A stretch of 63,735 nucleotides of DNA, filler included, from Chiloscyllium plagiosum (Eukaryota): NCBI RefSeq assembly GCF_004010195.1. It is 3 parts of one record of this genome, joined end to end, with 100 filler letters (N's around TTAATTAATTAA, not from the genome) between each part and the next. Parts side by side here need not be neighbours in the genome. Positions count along the whole stretch, not along the records: positions 46,362 to 63,735 come from NC_057715.1; 2 more parts are not named here. One strand, 5' to 3'. This document shows, one piece after another, positions 49,257 through 61,417 of this stretch (within the stretch, counting starts at the first letter, position 1; every line of letters starts with the position of its first letter). Below the pieces are notes generated by a model, which had not been told where the DNA came from, ran no database searches, and saw nothing but the letters and a program-made list of their open reading frames with translations. The position numbers and the translations under genes are program-made.

Positions 49257-51415
49257 TAGTATTACAGCAGCTGAGAGAACATTTGAGCACTCATCAACTG
49301 AGGTAGTTGGACTGAGGTTAGAAACAGGAAAGGAGAGGTCATCTTGTTGGAAGTTTTCGATAGGCCTCTGAATTGTTCCAGGGATGTCGAGGATAGGATA
49401 GCAAAGATGATTCTTGATGGGAGCGAGAATAACAGGGTAGTTGTTATGGGGGGCTTTAACTTCCCCTGTACTGACTGGGAATACTATAGTTCAAGGAGTT
49501 TAGATGGGTCAGTTTTTGCACAATGTGTGCAGGAGGGTTTTCTGACACAGTATGTAAATAGGCCAACAAAGGGCGTTGCCCTATTGGATTTGGTACTGGG
49601 GAATAAACCAGCCAGGTTTTAGATTTGGAGGTAGGTGAGCACTTTGGCGATAGTGACCACAATTTGGTTACATTTGCAATAACAATGGACCGGTTTAGGT
49701 ATATACTGCAGGGAACGAGGTTTAACTGAGGAAAGGCAATTATGATGCAATTAGGCAAGATTTAGGATGCTTAGCATGGGGAAGGAAACTGCAGGGGATG
49801 GACACTCTTGAAATGTGGAGCTTAGTCAAGGAACAGCTACTGCAGGACCTTGATAAGTATATACCTATCACGCAGGGGGGTAGTTGTCAAGAGAGGGAGC
49901 CATGGTTTACTAAAGAAGTTGAAGCTCTTGCCAAGAGAAAGAAAAAGGCTTATGTTAGGACGAGACATGAAGGCTCAGTTAGGGTGCTTGAGAGTTATAA
50001 TTTAGCCAGAAAAGATCTAAAGAGAGAGCTAAGAAGAGCCAGGAAGGAGACATGAGAAATTGTTGGCTGATAGAATCAAGGAAAGCCCTCAGGCTTCCTA
50101 TAGGCAAGTCAGGAATAAAAGAATAACCAGAGTAAGATTAGGGCCAATCAAAGACAGTAGTGGGAAGTTGGATGTGGAATCTGAGAACATAGGAGAAGCA
50201 CTTAATGAATACTTTTCATCTACGTTCACATTAGAAAAGGGTAATGTTAGTGAGAATACAGAGATACAGGCTATTAGATTAGGTAGGATTGTGGTTGACA
50301 AAGAGGAGGTTTTGGAAGATCTGAAAATAGATAAGACCCCTGGGCCAGATGGGATTTATCCACAGATTCTCTGGGAAGCCAGGGAGGATATTGCAGACCC
50401 TTTGGCTTTGATCTTGATGTCATCATTGTCGACAGGAGTAGTGCCAGAAGACTGGAGGATAACAAATGTTGTTCCCTTGTTTAAGAAGGGGAGTCGGAAC
50501 ATTATAGGCCAATGAGCCTTACTTCAGTTTTGGGTAAGGTGTTGGAAAAGGTTATAAGAGATAGGATTTATAATCATCTAGAAAGAAATAAGTTGATTAG
50601 GGATAGTCAACATGGTTTTGTGACGGGTACGTCGTGCCTCACTAACCTTATTGAGTTCTTTGAGAAGGTGACAAACTAGGTGGATGAGGGTAAAGTGGTT
50701 GATGTGGTGTATTTGGACTTCAGTAAGGTGTCTGATAAGGTTCCACACAGTAGGCTATTGCACAAAATACGGAGTTTCAGGTTTGAAGGTGATTTAGCGG
50801 TTTGGTTCAGAACTTGGCTATCTGAGGGTTGTGATTGATGGGAAATGATCATCCTGGAGGTCAGTTACCAGTGGTGTGACACAAGGATCTGTTTTGGGGC
50901 CACTGCTGTTTGTCATTTTTATAAATGATCTGGACGTGGGTGTAGAAGGATGGGTTAGTAAATTTGTGGATGACACTAAGGTTGTGGATAGTGCTGAAGG
51001 ATGTTGTGGGATACAGAGGGACTCAGATAAGATGCAGAGCTGGGCTGAGAAGTGAAAAATAGATCTTAATGTGGGAAAGTGTGAGGTTGTTCACTTCGGA
51101 AGAAGTAACAGGAATGCTGAGTACTGGGCTAATGGTGGCAGTGTGGATGAACAGAGAGATCTCGGTGTCCAGGTGCAAATATCCCTGAAAGTTGCCAACC
51201 AGTGTTGGCATTTATTGGTAGGGAGATTGAGTTTCAGAGCCAAGAGGTCATGCTTCAACTGTACAAGACACTGTTAAGGTCGTACCTGGAGTATAGCATA
51301 CAGTTCTAGCCGCCGCATTATAGGAAACATGTGGAAGCTTTGGAAAGGGTTCAGAGGAGATTTACTAGGATGTTGCCTGGTATGGAAAGAAGTGAGGCAG
51401 CATCCAAGGAGCAGG

Positions 51416-51454
51416 AGAATCGACGTTTCGGGCATGAGCCCTTCTTCAGGAATG
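51416..51454 (-). ncRNA. Minimal hammerhead motif, intact, sense to neuroligin
   Basis: Minus strand cattc CTGAAGA a gggc tcat gccc GAAAC GTC gattc. Confidence 0.7.
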
Positions 51455-52191
51455 AGGAAAGTGTGCCAAGCAGGCTAAGATAAAAGGTAGGGAGGAGGGA
51501 CTTNNNNNNNNNNNNNNNNNNNNNNNNNNNNNNNNNNNNNNNNNNNNNNNNNNNNNNNNNNNNNNNNNNNNNNNNNNNNNNNNNNNNNNNNNNNNNNNNN
51601 NNNNNNNNNNNNNNNNNNNNNNNNNNNNNNNNNNNNNNNNNNNNNNNNNNNNNNNNNNNNNNNNNNNNNNNNNNNNNNNNNNNNNNNNNNNNNNNNNNNN
51701 NNNNNNNNNNNNNNNNNNNNNNNNNNNNNNNNNNNNNNNNNNNNNNNNNNNNNNNNNNNNNNNNNNNNNNNNNNNNNNNNNNNNNNNNNNNNNNNNNNNN
51801 NNNNNNNNNNNNNNNNNNNNNNNNNNNNNNNNNNNNNNNNNNNNNNNNNNNNNNNNNNNNNNNNNNNNNNNNNNNNNNNNNNNNNNNNNNNNNNNNNNNN
51901 NNNNNNNNNNNNNNNNNNNNNNNNNNNNNNNNNNNNNNNNNNNNNNNNNNNNNNNNNNNNNNNNNNNNNNNNNNNNNNNNNNNNNNNNNNNNNNNNNNNN
52001 NNNNNNNNNNNNNNNNNNNNNNNNNNNNNNNNNNNNNNNNNNNNNNNNNNNNNNNNNNNNNNNCACTCTGGCCTATCACCCTCACCTTATCAGCCTCACC
52101 TTAACTTCCTTCCATCTATCGCATTTCCAACGCCCCTCCCCCAAGTCCCTCCTCCCTACCTTTTATCTTAGCCTGCTTGGCACACTTTCCT

Positions 52192-52229
52192 CATTCCTGA
52201 AGAAGGGCTCATGCCCGAAACGTCGATTC
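52192..52229 (+). ncRNA. Minimal hammerhead motif, intact
   Basis: CTGAAGA at 52197, GAAAC-GTC at 52217-52224. Confidence 0.7.
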
Positions 52230-53366
52230 TCCTGCTCCTTGGATGCTGCCTGACCTGCTGTGCTTTTCCAGCAACTCATTTTCAGCTCTGATCTCCAGCA
52301 TCTGCAGTCCTCACTTTCTCTGGTATGGAAGGATGGCCTTACAAGGAAAGGCTGAGGGAACTGAGGCTGTTTTCATTGGAGAGAAGAAGGTTGAGAGGTG
52401 ACTTAATCGAGATGTATAAGATAATCAGAGGGTTAGATAGGGTGAACAGTGAGAGCCTTATTCCTCGGATGGTGAAAAGGACATAGCTTTAAATTGAGGG
52501 GTGATAGATTTAGGACAGATATTGGGGATAGTTTCTTTACTCAGGGAGGCGTGGGGCGTGGAACAGCCTGCCTGCAACAGTAGTAAACTCATTGAAGGTA
52601 AGGGCATTTAAATGGGCATTGGACATACATATGGATAATAATGGAACAATATAGGTTAGATGGGCATTAGATTAATTTCACAGGTCGGCGCAACATTGAG
52701 GGCCGAAGGGCCCGTACTGCACTGTAACATTCTATGTTCTATGTTCTATGACAACCACACAAAACAGGTTCAGCACAAATATCAAAAATAAATATTCAAC
52801 CCTTCTGCCCTCAACTACACAACCTTAGAGATACTCAAACCTCAGTGAAGCATCAAACTGCTTCTTCTTTAAAGTTCCTTTTCAGTGGCATGGATGTAAT
52901 TGATTTTATTTTGTCAAACTTCTGTGTTCTTTTGATGCTGGTTCTTTAGTTAATGTCCCTTCCTGAGGCCCTTAAACAACTGCTAACCCAGCTCACTTAA
53001 TTCTTAACATGGGTTCCCTAAACTCTTCTTTCTAAACCTCCTACTTCTGGAGATTTTTTTCGTCCTGATATTAAGCCATGAGGAATTATTTCCTTCTGCC
53101 CTAACTGTTCTGTAGACTGCCAATTTGCACTGCTCCTTTTTTAGGCTTTCTCTCTGAAAGAAACCTACCTACTCCTTGATCTTTTGGATGGTTAGAATGT
53201 AGAAATGAAACATATAACATCAATCTAGAACAGCACAGCAATATAGGAACAGCCCTTCAGCCCATTAGATTGTGCTGAACATGACGCCAAATTAAACTAA
53301 TCCTTTCTGCTGGCCCTTGGTCCATATCCCTCCATTCCTTGCATGGTCATGTGCTTATTTACAAGT

Positions 53367-53695
53367 CTGAAAATGTGTTGCTGGAAAAGCGCAGCAGGTC
53401 AGGCAGCATCCAAGGAACAGGAGAATCGACGTTTCGGGCATAAGCCCTTCTTCAGGAATGAGGAAAGTGTGTCCAGCAGGCTAAGATAAAAGGTAGGGAG
53501 GAGGGACTTGGGGGAGGGGCGTTGGAATTGCGATAGTTGGAGGGAGGTCAAGGTGAGGGTGATAGGCTGGAGTGGGGTGGGGCGGAGAGGTCAGAAAGAT
53601 GATTGCAGGTTAGGAAGGCGGTGCTGAGTTCGAGGTTCAGCTGGCTAAGATAAAAGGTAGGGAGGATCCAGCAGGCTAAGATAAAAGGTAGGGAC
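53367..53695 (-). mobile_element. Penelope 3' end with family A pLTR, abutting a CR1 tail (about 53225-53366)
   Basis: Same sequence as the arms of the 51388-52319 insertion. Confidence 0.85.
53422..53460 (-). ncRNA. Minimal hammerhead motif, intact, sense to neuroligin
   Basis: Minus strand cattc CTGAAGA a gggc ttat gccc GAAAC GTC gattc. Confidence 0.7.
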
Positions 53696-53999
53696 AGATC
53701 TTTCATATCTGTCTTTGTCTCTTACTGTCTGGGATACCTTGCCTAGTTGCAAAGATATTTTTCATTCCTATCCCTGTTCAGCTCAAGAAGTTTTAAAAGT
53801 TCGATTTAAATGCTTGTAAACAAATTTCCAATAGTACAATGCCACTTACAAAACCTGAAAATAAAACTAATACAATGCCTCCTCTTTCTTACATACACAG
53901 TACAGAAATACCAAGCAAATGTAAAACTATTCATGGTTCTGTCCACTTTCTGTCCAAGGTTTCAAATAATGATAATATCTCGTGAACCTTCAGGACTTT

Positions 54000-54480
54000 G
54001 GTTGGAGTACTGTGTGCAGTTCTGGTCGCCTCACTTTAGGAAAGATGTGGAAGCTTTGGAGAGGGTGCAGAGAAGATTTACCAGGATGTTGCCTGGAATG
54101 GAGAGGAAGTCGTACGAGGATAGGTTGAGAGTTCTCGGCCTTTTCTCGTTGGAACGGCGAAGGATGAGGGGTGACTTGATAGAGGTTTATAAGATGATCA
54201 GAGGAATAGATAGAGTAGACAGTCAGAAACTTTTTCCCCGGGTACACAGTACAGAAATAGGGGAGATGTCAGGGGTGGGTTCTTTACCCAGAGAGTGGTG
54301 GGGGCATGGAATGCGCTGCCCGTGGGAGTGGTAGAGTCGGAATCATTGGCGACCTTTAAGCGGCATTTGGATAGGTACATGGATGGGTACTTAATCTAGG
54401 TTAGAAGTTCGGCACAACATCGTGGGCCGAAGGGCCTGTTCTGTGCTGTATTGTTCTATGTTCTATGTTCTATGTTCTAT
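54000..54480 (+). mobile_element. Young CR1 3' fragment with (ttctatg)n tail
   Basis: LEYCVQFWSPHFRKDVEALERVQRRFTRMLPG. Confidence 0.95.
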
Positions 54481-54489
54481 CACAAAAAA

Positions 54490-54740
54490 GCGTTCTTGAA
54501 ATGTAATGTAGGTATTGTTGCACTCAGTTTACACACAGCAAATCCCTGCAAATCAGCAATGTTGCAATGATCAGATTATCTGGGATTCTAATGAAATGAG
54601 AATTCTCCAGTACTTCTTCAAAATAATATTATGGGGTTTGTTTCATCCACCTGGGAGAGTAAATGGTGCCTTGGTTTTAATGTTTACTTTGCAAGACAAC
54701 AATGTGGCATTCCACCAGTTGCACGCTGGAAAGTTAGCCT
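54490..54740 (-). mobile_element. Deu-domain SINE remnant
   Basis: cacacagcaaatccctgcaaatcagcaatgttgcaatgatcagattatctg...tacttcttcaaaata...catccacctg. Confidence 0.55.
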
Positions 54741-55976
54741 TAAAAAAGGTGAACAATGCAGGCGGAGGGGTGGCAAATCAGTAAGTTAACCATCGCTAAC
54801 GTCATAAGATGTGCCTTTTATAAACTCAGTGAAAGGGTTTCCTTGGGGATCTGTAGGCTCAGCTACCAAAGCAACATAAACCAGTGAGTGGGGAGGAAAA
54901 ATAAGAACTTCATTTGATCTAATCTTCTTGCATTAATTAAATGTTTTAATTATACTAGTCAGTAATAGATTCTTTAAACTCAAGCTCATTGCAAGTACTT
55001 AATTACACCAATTGTCACAGACTAGTCTCAAGAGCATAAAGGCTATTAAAAACTGAAGCTGAGGGACGATTAAATTTTAACAGGTATGTTTTATTTCACA
55101 TTATATATTTATGGCCTGTATAAAAGAGGAGAACAAGCTTGACTGTTTTGATTCAGTGAGAACATGCTTGGGTTCTAATTTCCTTTCTCACTTTTTCCTT
55201 CTCAAGGTTTATTTCCAAGGACACACACACAGCCTCGGTAATAATCCTCAATTCTGACTCTGTAGCAGTCATTGCCCCTCATTGCTGTACCTGGTGTTAC
55301 CTGATGCTGAGGGTTTTCATCGAAATGGTCACTGATGGCATCCAATATATGCATGTACCAACACCTTTCAGATAGCATTATCCGTGTTCGAAAGGTAAAT
55401 GTTTGGTGGTATGGTCCCTGTTGCCATTGATGTTGGAAAAGTCAGATCCCAAAGTGGAACTCCATTTGCAAAGTCATAAGTTTAATTTTCTGCCATTTGT
55501 TATTTGCTGAAATATAGTCCAATGATATTTCCAATGTTTTTTAAACAAAAAGTATAAGTTAATTACATAAAAATGCAACTAATGTTTTATAAATAAGAAA
55601 CCCAAAAAGATTGTAACATAAACAGCAAAACATAGTTTCAACCTTATTCCCAGCAATATCTTTAACAGATACTCAATTCCAGAGAAATGTCAATTCTATC
55701 TCAATGACTTAATCTCTGCTTTAACAGATCCATTAGTGGACATGGTTTGGACAGTCAGGAGATGACTTATTCATTGTAGGATTCCTTGCCTCTGACTTTC
55801 CCTTACAGTCACAAATATATATATATACTTCAGGATGTTGATATTAGCTGTGTTGATTGGAAAGGAATTCTAAAGATTCACAATCCTCTGAGATAATTTA
55901 TTTTCTCCTGATCTCAATCTTAAATGGGCAACCCTTTAGTTTTAAATTAAGTCCCTGACTCTAGATTCTCCCACAA

Positions 55977-56505
55977 GAATCATAGAATCCCTAAGACTGT
56001 GGAAAAGGCCATTCTGCCCATTAGGTTCCCACTGACCCTCCAGACCCAGACCCACCCAGACCCACACCCACCTACCCTATAACCCTGCTTTTCCTATTGC
56101 TATGAGAAAGTGAGGACTGCAGATGCTGGAGATCAGAGCTGAAAATGTGTTGCTGGAAAAGCGCAGCAGGTCAGGCAGCATCCAAGGAGCAGGGGAATTG
56201 ACGTTTCGGTTCCTGAAGAAGGGCTCATGCCCGAAACATCGATTTTCCTGCTCCTTGGATGCTGCCTGACCTGCTGCACTTTTCCAGCTTTTCCTATTGC
56301 TAACCCACCTAGCCTGCACATCCCTGGACAATTTCCCATGGCCAAATCACCCTAATTTGCACATCTTTGGACTGTGAGAGGAAACTGAAGCACCTGGAAG
56401 ATAATATGCAAACTCCACACTGACAGTCACCTGAGGATGGAATTGAACCTGGGTCCCTGGCACTGTGAGGCAGCAGTGCTAACCACTGAGCCACCGTACC
56501 ACCCC
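55977..56505 (-). mobile_element. HE1-like SINE with a pLTR-pair insert, inside an antisense CR1 (about 55860-56800)
   Basis: Antisense HE1; host ORF LEFRTIRGDLIETYKIL. Confidence 0.88.
56103..56286. mobile_element. Inverted pair of family A pLTRs with 16-bp TSD
   Basis: TSD gcttttcctattgcta at 56087-56102 and 56287-56302. Confidence 0.9.
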
Positions 56506-57089
56506 ATCATTTCAACATGCACCTGGTCCAGTGCCCTCAGGATCTTATATGTTTCAATTAAGTCACCTCTGATTGTTCTAAACTCCAGAGGATACACGTC
56601 CAGCCTGTCTAGCCTTTGCTTATAAGGCAATCTGCTCACTCCAGGAATTTGTCAAGAAAACCTTTTCTGAACTCTTTCTAAAGTCTTAACATCCTTCTAT
56701 AAGTGCAGTGACCAGTACTGTACAGCATAGTCCAGGTGCAGTCTCACCATTGCCCTGTATAACGGAAGCATGACCTCCCTACTCTCATGTTCAATATAAT
56801 TAGGGATGGACAATAGCCAGTGATAGCCACATTGCGTAAGGAAATTATCAAAAAGCACTGACACTGACTGAACTGCTGCAGAGGGATGCAACATGGTCTA
56901 CTTGGCCAAAATGGTCACCTTCTATGCTGGAATTACTCTAAAGACAAAACCTCACGCCCTCCCCAGCAAAGTGTTTGATGGCGAGGTGTTATTTAATCAG
57001 GCATGAGGATGGTAGGTGGGGATCTTGTCATCTTATTACCCTCACCCGATTCACTCCGAAAAGAGATTGGGCAGACTAGGATTGTTTTC

Positions 57090-57455
57090 ATAGGAGCAGA
57101 CGAGACAGAGAGGGCATATGATTGAGATGTATCATATCATGGATAATGTAGACAGGGAGGAATATATCCTCTTGGTGGAGGGGGTCACTGACCAGGGGAA
57201 TAGATTTAAGGTAAGGGCAGGAGATTGAGAGGGGATCGTCTGTGGAAATCAGCAACTCACTGCCTGTAAGGATGGGGGAGGGGCAGAAACCCTCATAGCA
57301 ATTAAGAAGCATTCAGATGTTCACCTGCAACACGAAAGAATACAAGACTATGGGCTAAGTGTTGGAAAGTGGGATTAGAATAGTTAGATGGTTGGGTTTG
57401 ATTGTTGTGAATATGATGGGCTGAGGGGCCTTTTTTTGCTGTGGACCCCTTTGGC
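57090..57455 (+). mobile_element. Old CR1 3' fragment
   Basis: gagcagacgagacagagagggcatatgattgag...gatggggctgaggggcct. Confidence 0.7.
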
Positions 57456-57874
57456 TCTCTGACCCTGGACAGTAAATCTCTTGTGGTTGCTTGCAAGTTT
57501 CTGGATGCGTACCCATCATTCAGACACCCAGTCCCAGATGGAGGGACGTAGGAGACAGCTGCTGAAAGCCAATCCTCATCTCTGAAGCTGAGTCCCACAC
57601 AACAGTGCTTCCCAACCACCGCGCCACACCTCCCTCTACCATCAGTCATCTCTACCTGAGTCTATCAAACCCAGAACCAGCTGCCCACCTCCCCAGTAAG
57701 GTTGTTGAGCAACGAGGGCTGGTGGCCTCCAATTGGCTGACAGCCCAAGCTGCGGGTGTCCTTGATCTTGGACAAAGCCAACCAATGCCTAGTGATACAT
57801 AATGGGGTGTTCTTCCACCTTAACGGTGGTGTGGAGCTCTGTCCAGCTCTCCAGGGTGGCATCTCTGTCACATC

Positions 57875-58235
57875 CATAGAAACAAAGAGAATGGGAGTGG
57901 GAGCAGGCCATTCAGCCCTCCAAACCTGCTCCACCATTCAATCTGATCATGGCTGATTATCTAACTCAGTCCCCTGTTCCCGCGTTCTCTCCATACACTT
58001 TGATCCCTCTCGTGCTATCCCACTCCTTCTTGAAAATGTTCAATGGTTTGGCCTCAACCTCTTTCTGTGGCAGAGAATTCCACAGGTTCGCCACTCTTTG
58101 AGTGAGGACATCTCTTCAGCTCAATCCTAAATGGCCTAACACATATCCTTTGTCTGTGGCTTTTAGTTCTGGACTTCCCAATCATCCTTCCTGCATTTAC
58201 CATGTCTGGTCCGTTGGAGTTTTATAGGTTTTAAT
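57875..58235 (-). mobile_element. CR1 3' fragment
   Basis: Antisense tail ggagcaggccattcagccctc...ctgtggcagagaattccacagg. Confidence 0.8.
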
Positions 58236-59544
58236 ATCTATATTCTTTTTAATACTGCTCTGGGAAAGTGGGACGAATGTAGGTAATAGAATATCTTTGG
58301 TGGTACAGACGCGATGGGCCAAAAGGCCTCTTCTGTACTGGAAGGTTCTATGAACCTGAAACATGAACTCTGTTTCTCTCTCCACAAGATTCTGCCAGAC
58401 ACAGCTGGGTCTTCCTATCAGTTTCTATTTGTATTTCAGATCCCCAATATCCTGCAGCTCTCTTATCATTAAGTAACAGAACAGCCTCTCGCTGTTGGTG
58501 GTGGGAGCTTGCTCTGACCAGACCCAGAGCCACATTTTTTTCAACCACAACAATGGTGACACCTCGATTCTGCATTATTGGCCCTGCAGATCCTCAAGGC
58601 TTCCCAAGTTTGTGATACGCTAGTTTTTATTTCACAGATTCAGACCAATGCAGTCCTTGGGCTTTCTTTTAGCTTATCATGTCCTCCCCACTCCCATCCC
58701 ACTTACTGTCCTTTCAGGTCTGGCAGGAGACACGCCATTGTTCTGCCATTCTCACATTCCGATCACTTAATCTGATCGCTAACATCTTTTCTCCACCAGC
58801 ACCCTACACCCACTACCCCCATCACCACCCCCTGAACGGTAGCATAAATGCCATCCCTCCACACTTCACTTAAGCTCTGATGAAAAGACATCTCAACTCA
58901 AAACTTTAGCTTGCTCTCTCTCCATGGATGCTTCCTGACTCACTGTGATCTCCATTGTTTGTTGCTTTCAATCCTTGAGCAAGCTGAAAAGTTTTGGAGC
59001 AGTTAAAATTGTTGGGGTGTGAGGAGGCAAAATATAAATAAAGGGGTTATCAAACCATCCGTGGAAAGGAGTAAGCTTCAACAGTGGGGATGAAATGACG
59101 AGATTTACTGATATACACTGGCATATACGACATTGCAGTCTTACCCATCTTTTTGTATAGTATTCCCCATGCACAGCAGTTTTACAAACTTGTGCATCTA
59201 CATTCCTAATCCCCAACTTCAAACTATCAAAGAACATAGATTAATCTAGCCCAGTCTACCGTAATCATTATTGATTGTGCAAATTGCACCCAAAACCGTG
59301 CATAGTAATTGTTGCAGGAACACATCATATTAGCATATTAACATCATAACGTGCATTTCTTCCAGTGTAGTTCCTGTGAAAACTGGGGAACATCGAGAAT
59401 GTATCATCACCTTCTCCTTGTTCGTGTGAAATAATTATTTTGAGACTTAATTCAAGCTAATTCACAACGTATGTTTTTGAGGGTTAATCGTGGGAGGGAC
59501 ATGGTAAGATGGGGTTGGGTTGGTGGAGGAGAGTGTGGTTTTTT

Positions 59545-59852
59545 TTAGATTACTTACAGTGTGGAAACAGGCCCTTCGGCCCAACAAGTCCACACCGACC
59601 CGCCGAAGCGAAACCCACCCATACCTCGACATTTACCCCTTACCTAACACTACTGGCAATTTAGCATGGCCAATTCACCTGACCTGCACATCTTTGGACT
59701 GTGGGAGGAAACCGGAGCACCCGGAGGAAACCCACGCAGACACGGGGAGAATGTGCAAACTCCACACAGTCAGTCGCCTGAGTCGGGAATTGAACCCGGG
59801 TCTCATGGCGCTGTGAGGCAGCAGTGCTAACCACTGTGCCACCGTGCTGCCC
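59545..59852 (-). mobile_element. HE1-like V-SINE, full length, young subfamily
   Basis: CpG-rich and near-identical to the 18151 copy. Confidence 0.95.
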
Positions 59853-61011
59853 ACGTGGTTGCAAGGCTGAATGTTCGCATGGAGCACCCAATACCTGTAC
59901 TGGGACCCTTTGTGGCAGCATCAGTCAGTCTGTGACTCCATGCTGCGATTTCTTCAGTATTGTGGTGGGTCTGGCCCTGGTTTCCAACAGTTGTGGGGGA
60001 GGAGGGGAAGGTCAGGTCCTTAAGCCCAGAGCCATGAAACGCACTAAATGGTCTTTGTCTTAAACTCTCTTTTATTTAAATTCCTTCATTTTTATTATAT
60101 TATCATGGAAGGACTGGCATTCTGAACTTTTCGTTTCTTCATTTATCTAATTTATGACCATGCTTTTGTACCTTTGAAGGTCCCTAATATTGCATTTTTT
60201 ATTTCTTTATTTTTCCAATATTTTCCCTGTGAATTTGTACTCAAGATCCCGTGACTAGGTACCTAAGGTGGTGCTATAAGTGGTGACTTGTAAACTTTTC
60301 ACTGTACTCCTGTGAATTCAATTCAATTCTTGGAATGACACTGTACAGAATCCCAGCATACGTAATTTGGGCTGAAGGGCCTCCATGTGTGGAATAATTA
60401 CAGCTGGAATCTTATAGTCCCTGACATTAAAGGGAGAGTAGAGCACAACATTGGGTGCCACTGATGCAATTTCTTGTGCCTTCCTCCCTGGTCCTGCTAC
60501 AATTTCACATGTGGGTGGAAGATGGGAGATGGCCTTAGTATCCATGTATCAATTGAGCCCCTTGAATGGCCAATTAATGCCTACTAAAGCTCTTCCCTGG
60601 TTGTCTGTGGGTGAAACTGGCAGACTGGTAGTCCAGAAGGAGAAGGCTTACCTCCATGACCACCTCAATACCATCAAGCTCCAGTTCCGTTTCAACCAGC
60701 CCACTCCGAACTGCCCACACCCCCTACCTTTGCATGCCCTCCCCACACAAGCTGTGTATTAACCCTCACTCAGAGCCCCGGTCTCTCCCTTTTGCCAGCC
60801 CTTACCAGCCTAGCCACAGACAAGAATCTGAACTTGCTTCACAGTGCAGGCTCCATTGCTAAATGCCTTCCTCAGCAACTTCTGTAATCCCAGTAGTGAC
60901 CTTATCTCTCAGTGACGCTGTTGTAAAAATACATCCACTGACCAACTGAGTGGTTTGCAACTCCCTAGGGATATGTCATCCTCCCTGATTAATATGGAAG
61001 TCCTACCATGA

Positions 61012-61296
61012 AGTGGTAAGGTGACTCAGCGTTTAGCTCTGCTGCCTCATGGTGCCAGGGTCCCAAGTTCAATTCCACCCTCTAGCGACTGTCTGTGTGG
61101 AGTTTGCACATTCTCCCCGTGTCTGCACGGGTTTCCTCCAGGTGCTCAAGTTTCCTCCCACAGATGTGCAGATTAGGTGGATTGGCCATGCTAAATGTGA
61201 GTTTATAGGGGGGTGAATGGAGGAGCCTGTGTGGGAGGGTTGGTGCAGACTTGATGGGCCATATGGCCTACTTCCACACTATAGGGATTCTATTCT
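61012..61296 (+). mobile_element. HE1-like V-SINE
   Basis: Consensus match. Confidence 0.88.
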
Positions 61297-61417
61297 AAGC
61301 CTACTCATGGCCCCAAGTGAAATGTTCCCCCTTGACCTAAGGATAATAAGTTCCCCACAAATACATTTTGCATTTGAAGGGTTGGAGAGGTAGTGGTGAT
61401 ATCAAGTTAGGATTACA

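Larger units (their letters stand above)
51388..52319. mobile_element. Penelope insertion with inverted pLTRs and 11-bp TSD (gap 51504-52063 inside)
   Basis: TSD ctggtatggaa at 51377-51387 and 52320-52330; the arms are reverse complements of each other. Confidence 0.88.
48010..52750 (+). mobile_element. Long decayed CR1 ORF2 (APE endonuclease, RT, 3' UTR) with three Penelope insertions
   Basis: CVYFNARSI, VVMGGFNFP, LLDLVLGN, KTPGPDGIYP, NVVPLFKKG, SCLTNLIEFFE and KFVDDTK motifs; (ttctatg)n tail at 52730-52750. Confidence 0.95.

Noticed and set aside
53810..54334. 174-aa ORF apparently fusing novel sequence to an RT C-terminus
   Set aside because: Chance open frame in AT-rich flank running into a 5'-truncated CR1.
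55311..55506. Unique-sequence segment bounded by minus-strand AG and GT
   Set aside because: Stops in all three frames and no recognisable product.
59145..59223. 79-nt minus-strand pseudo-exon (tttgatag|...AGATGG|gtaaga)
   Set aside because: Not a multiple of three and no neuroligin similarity; such splice-site pairs are common by chance in long introns.
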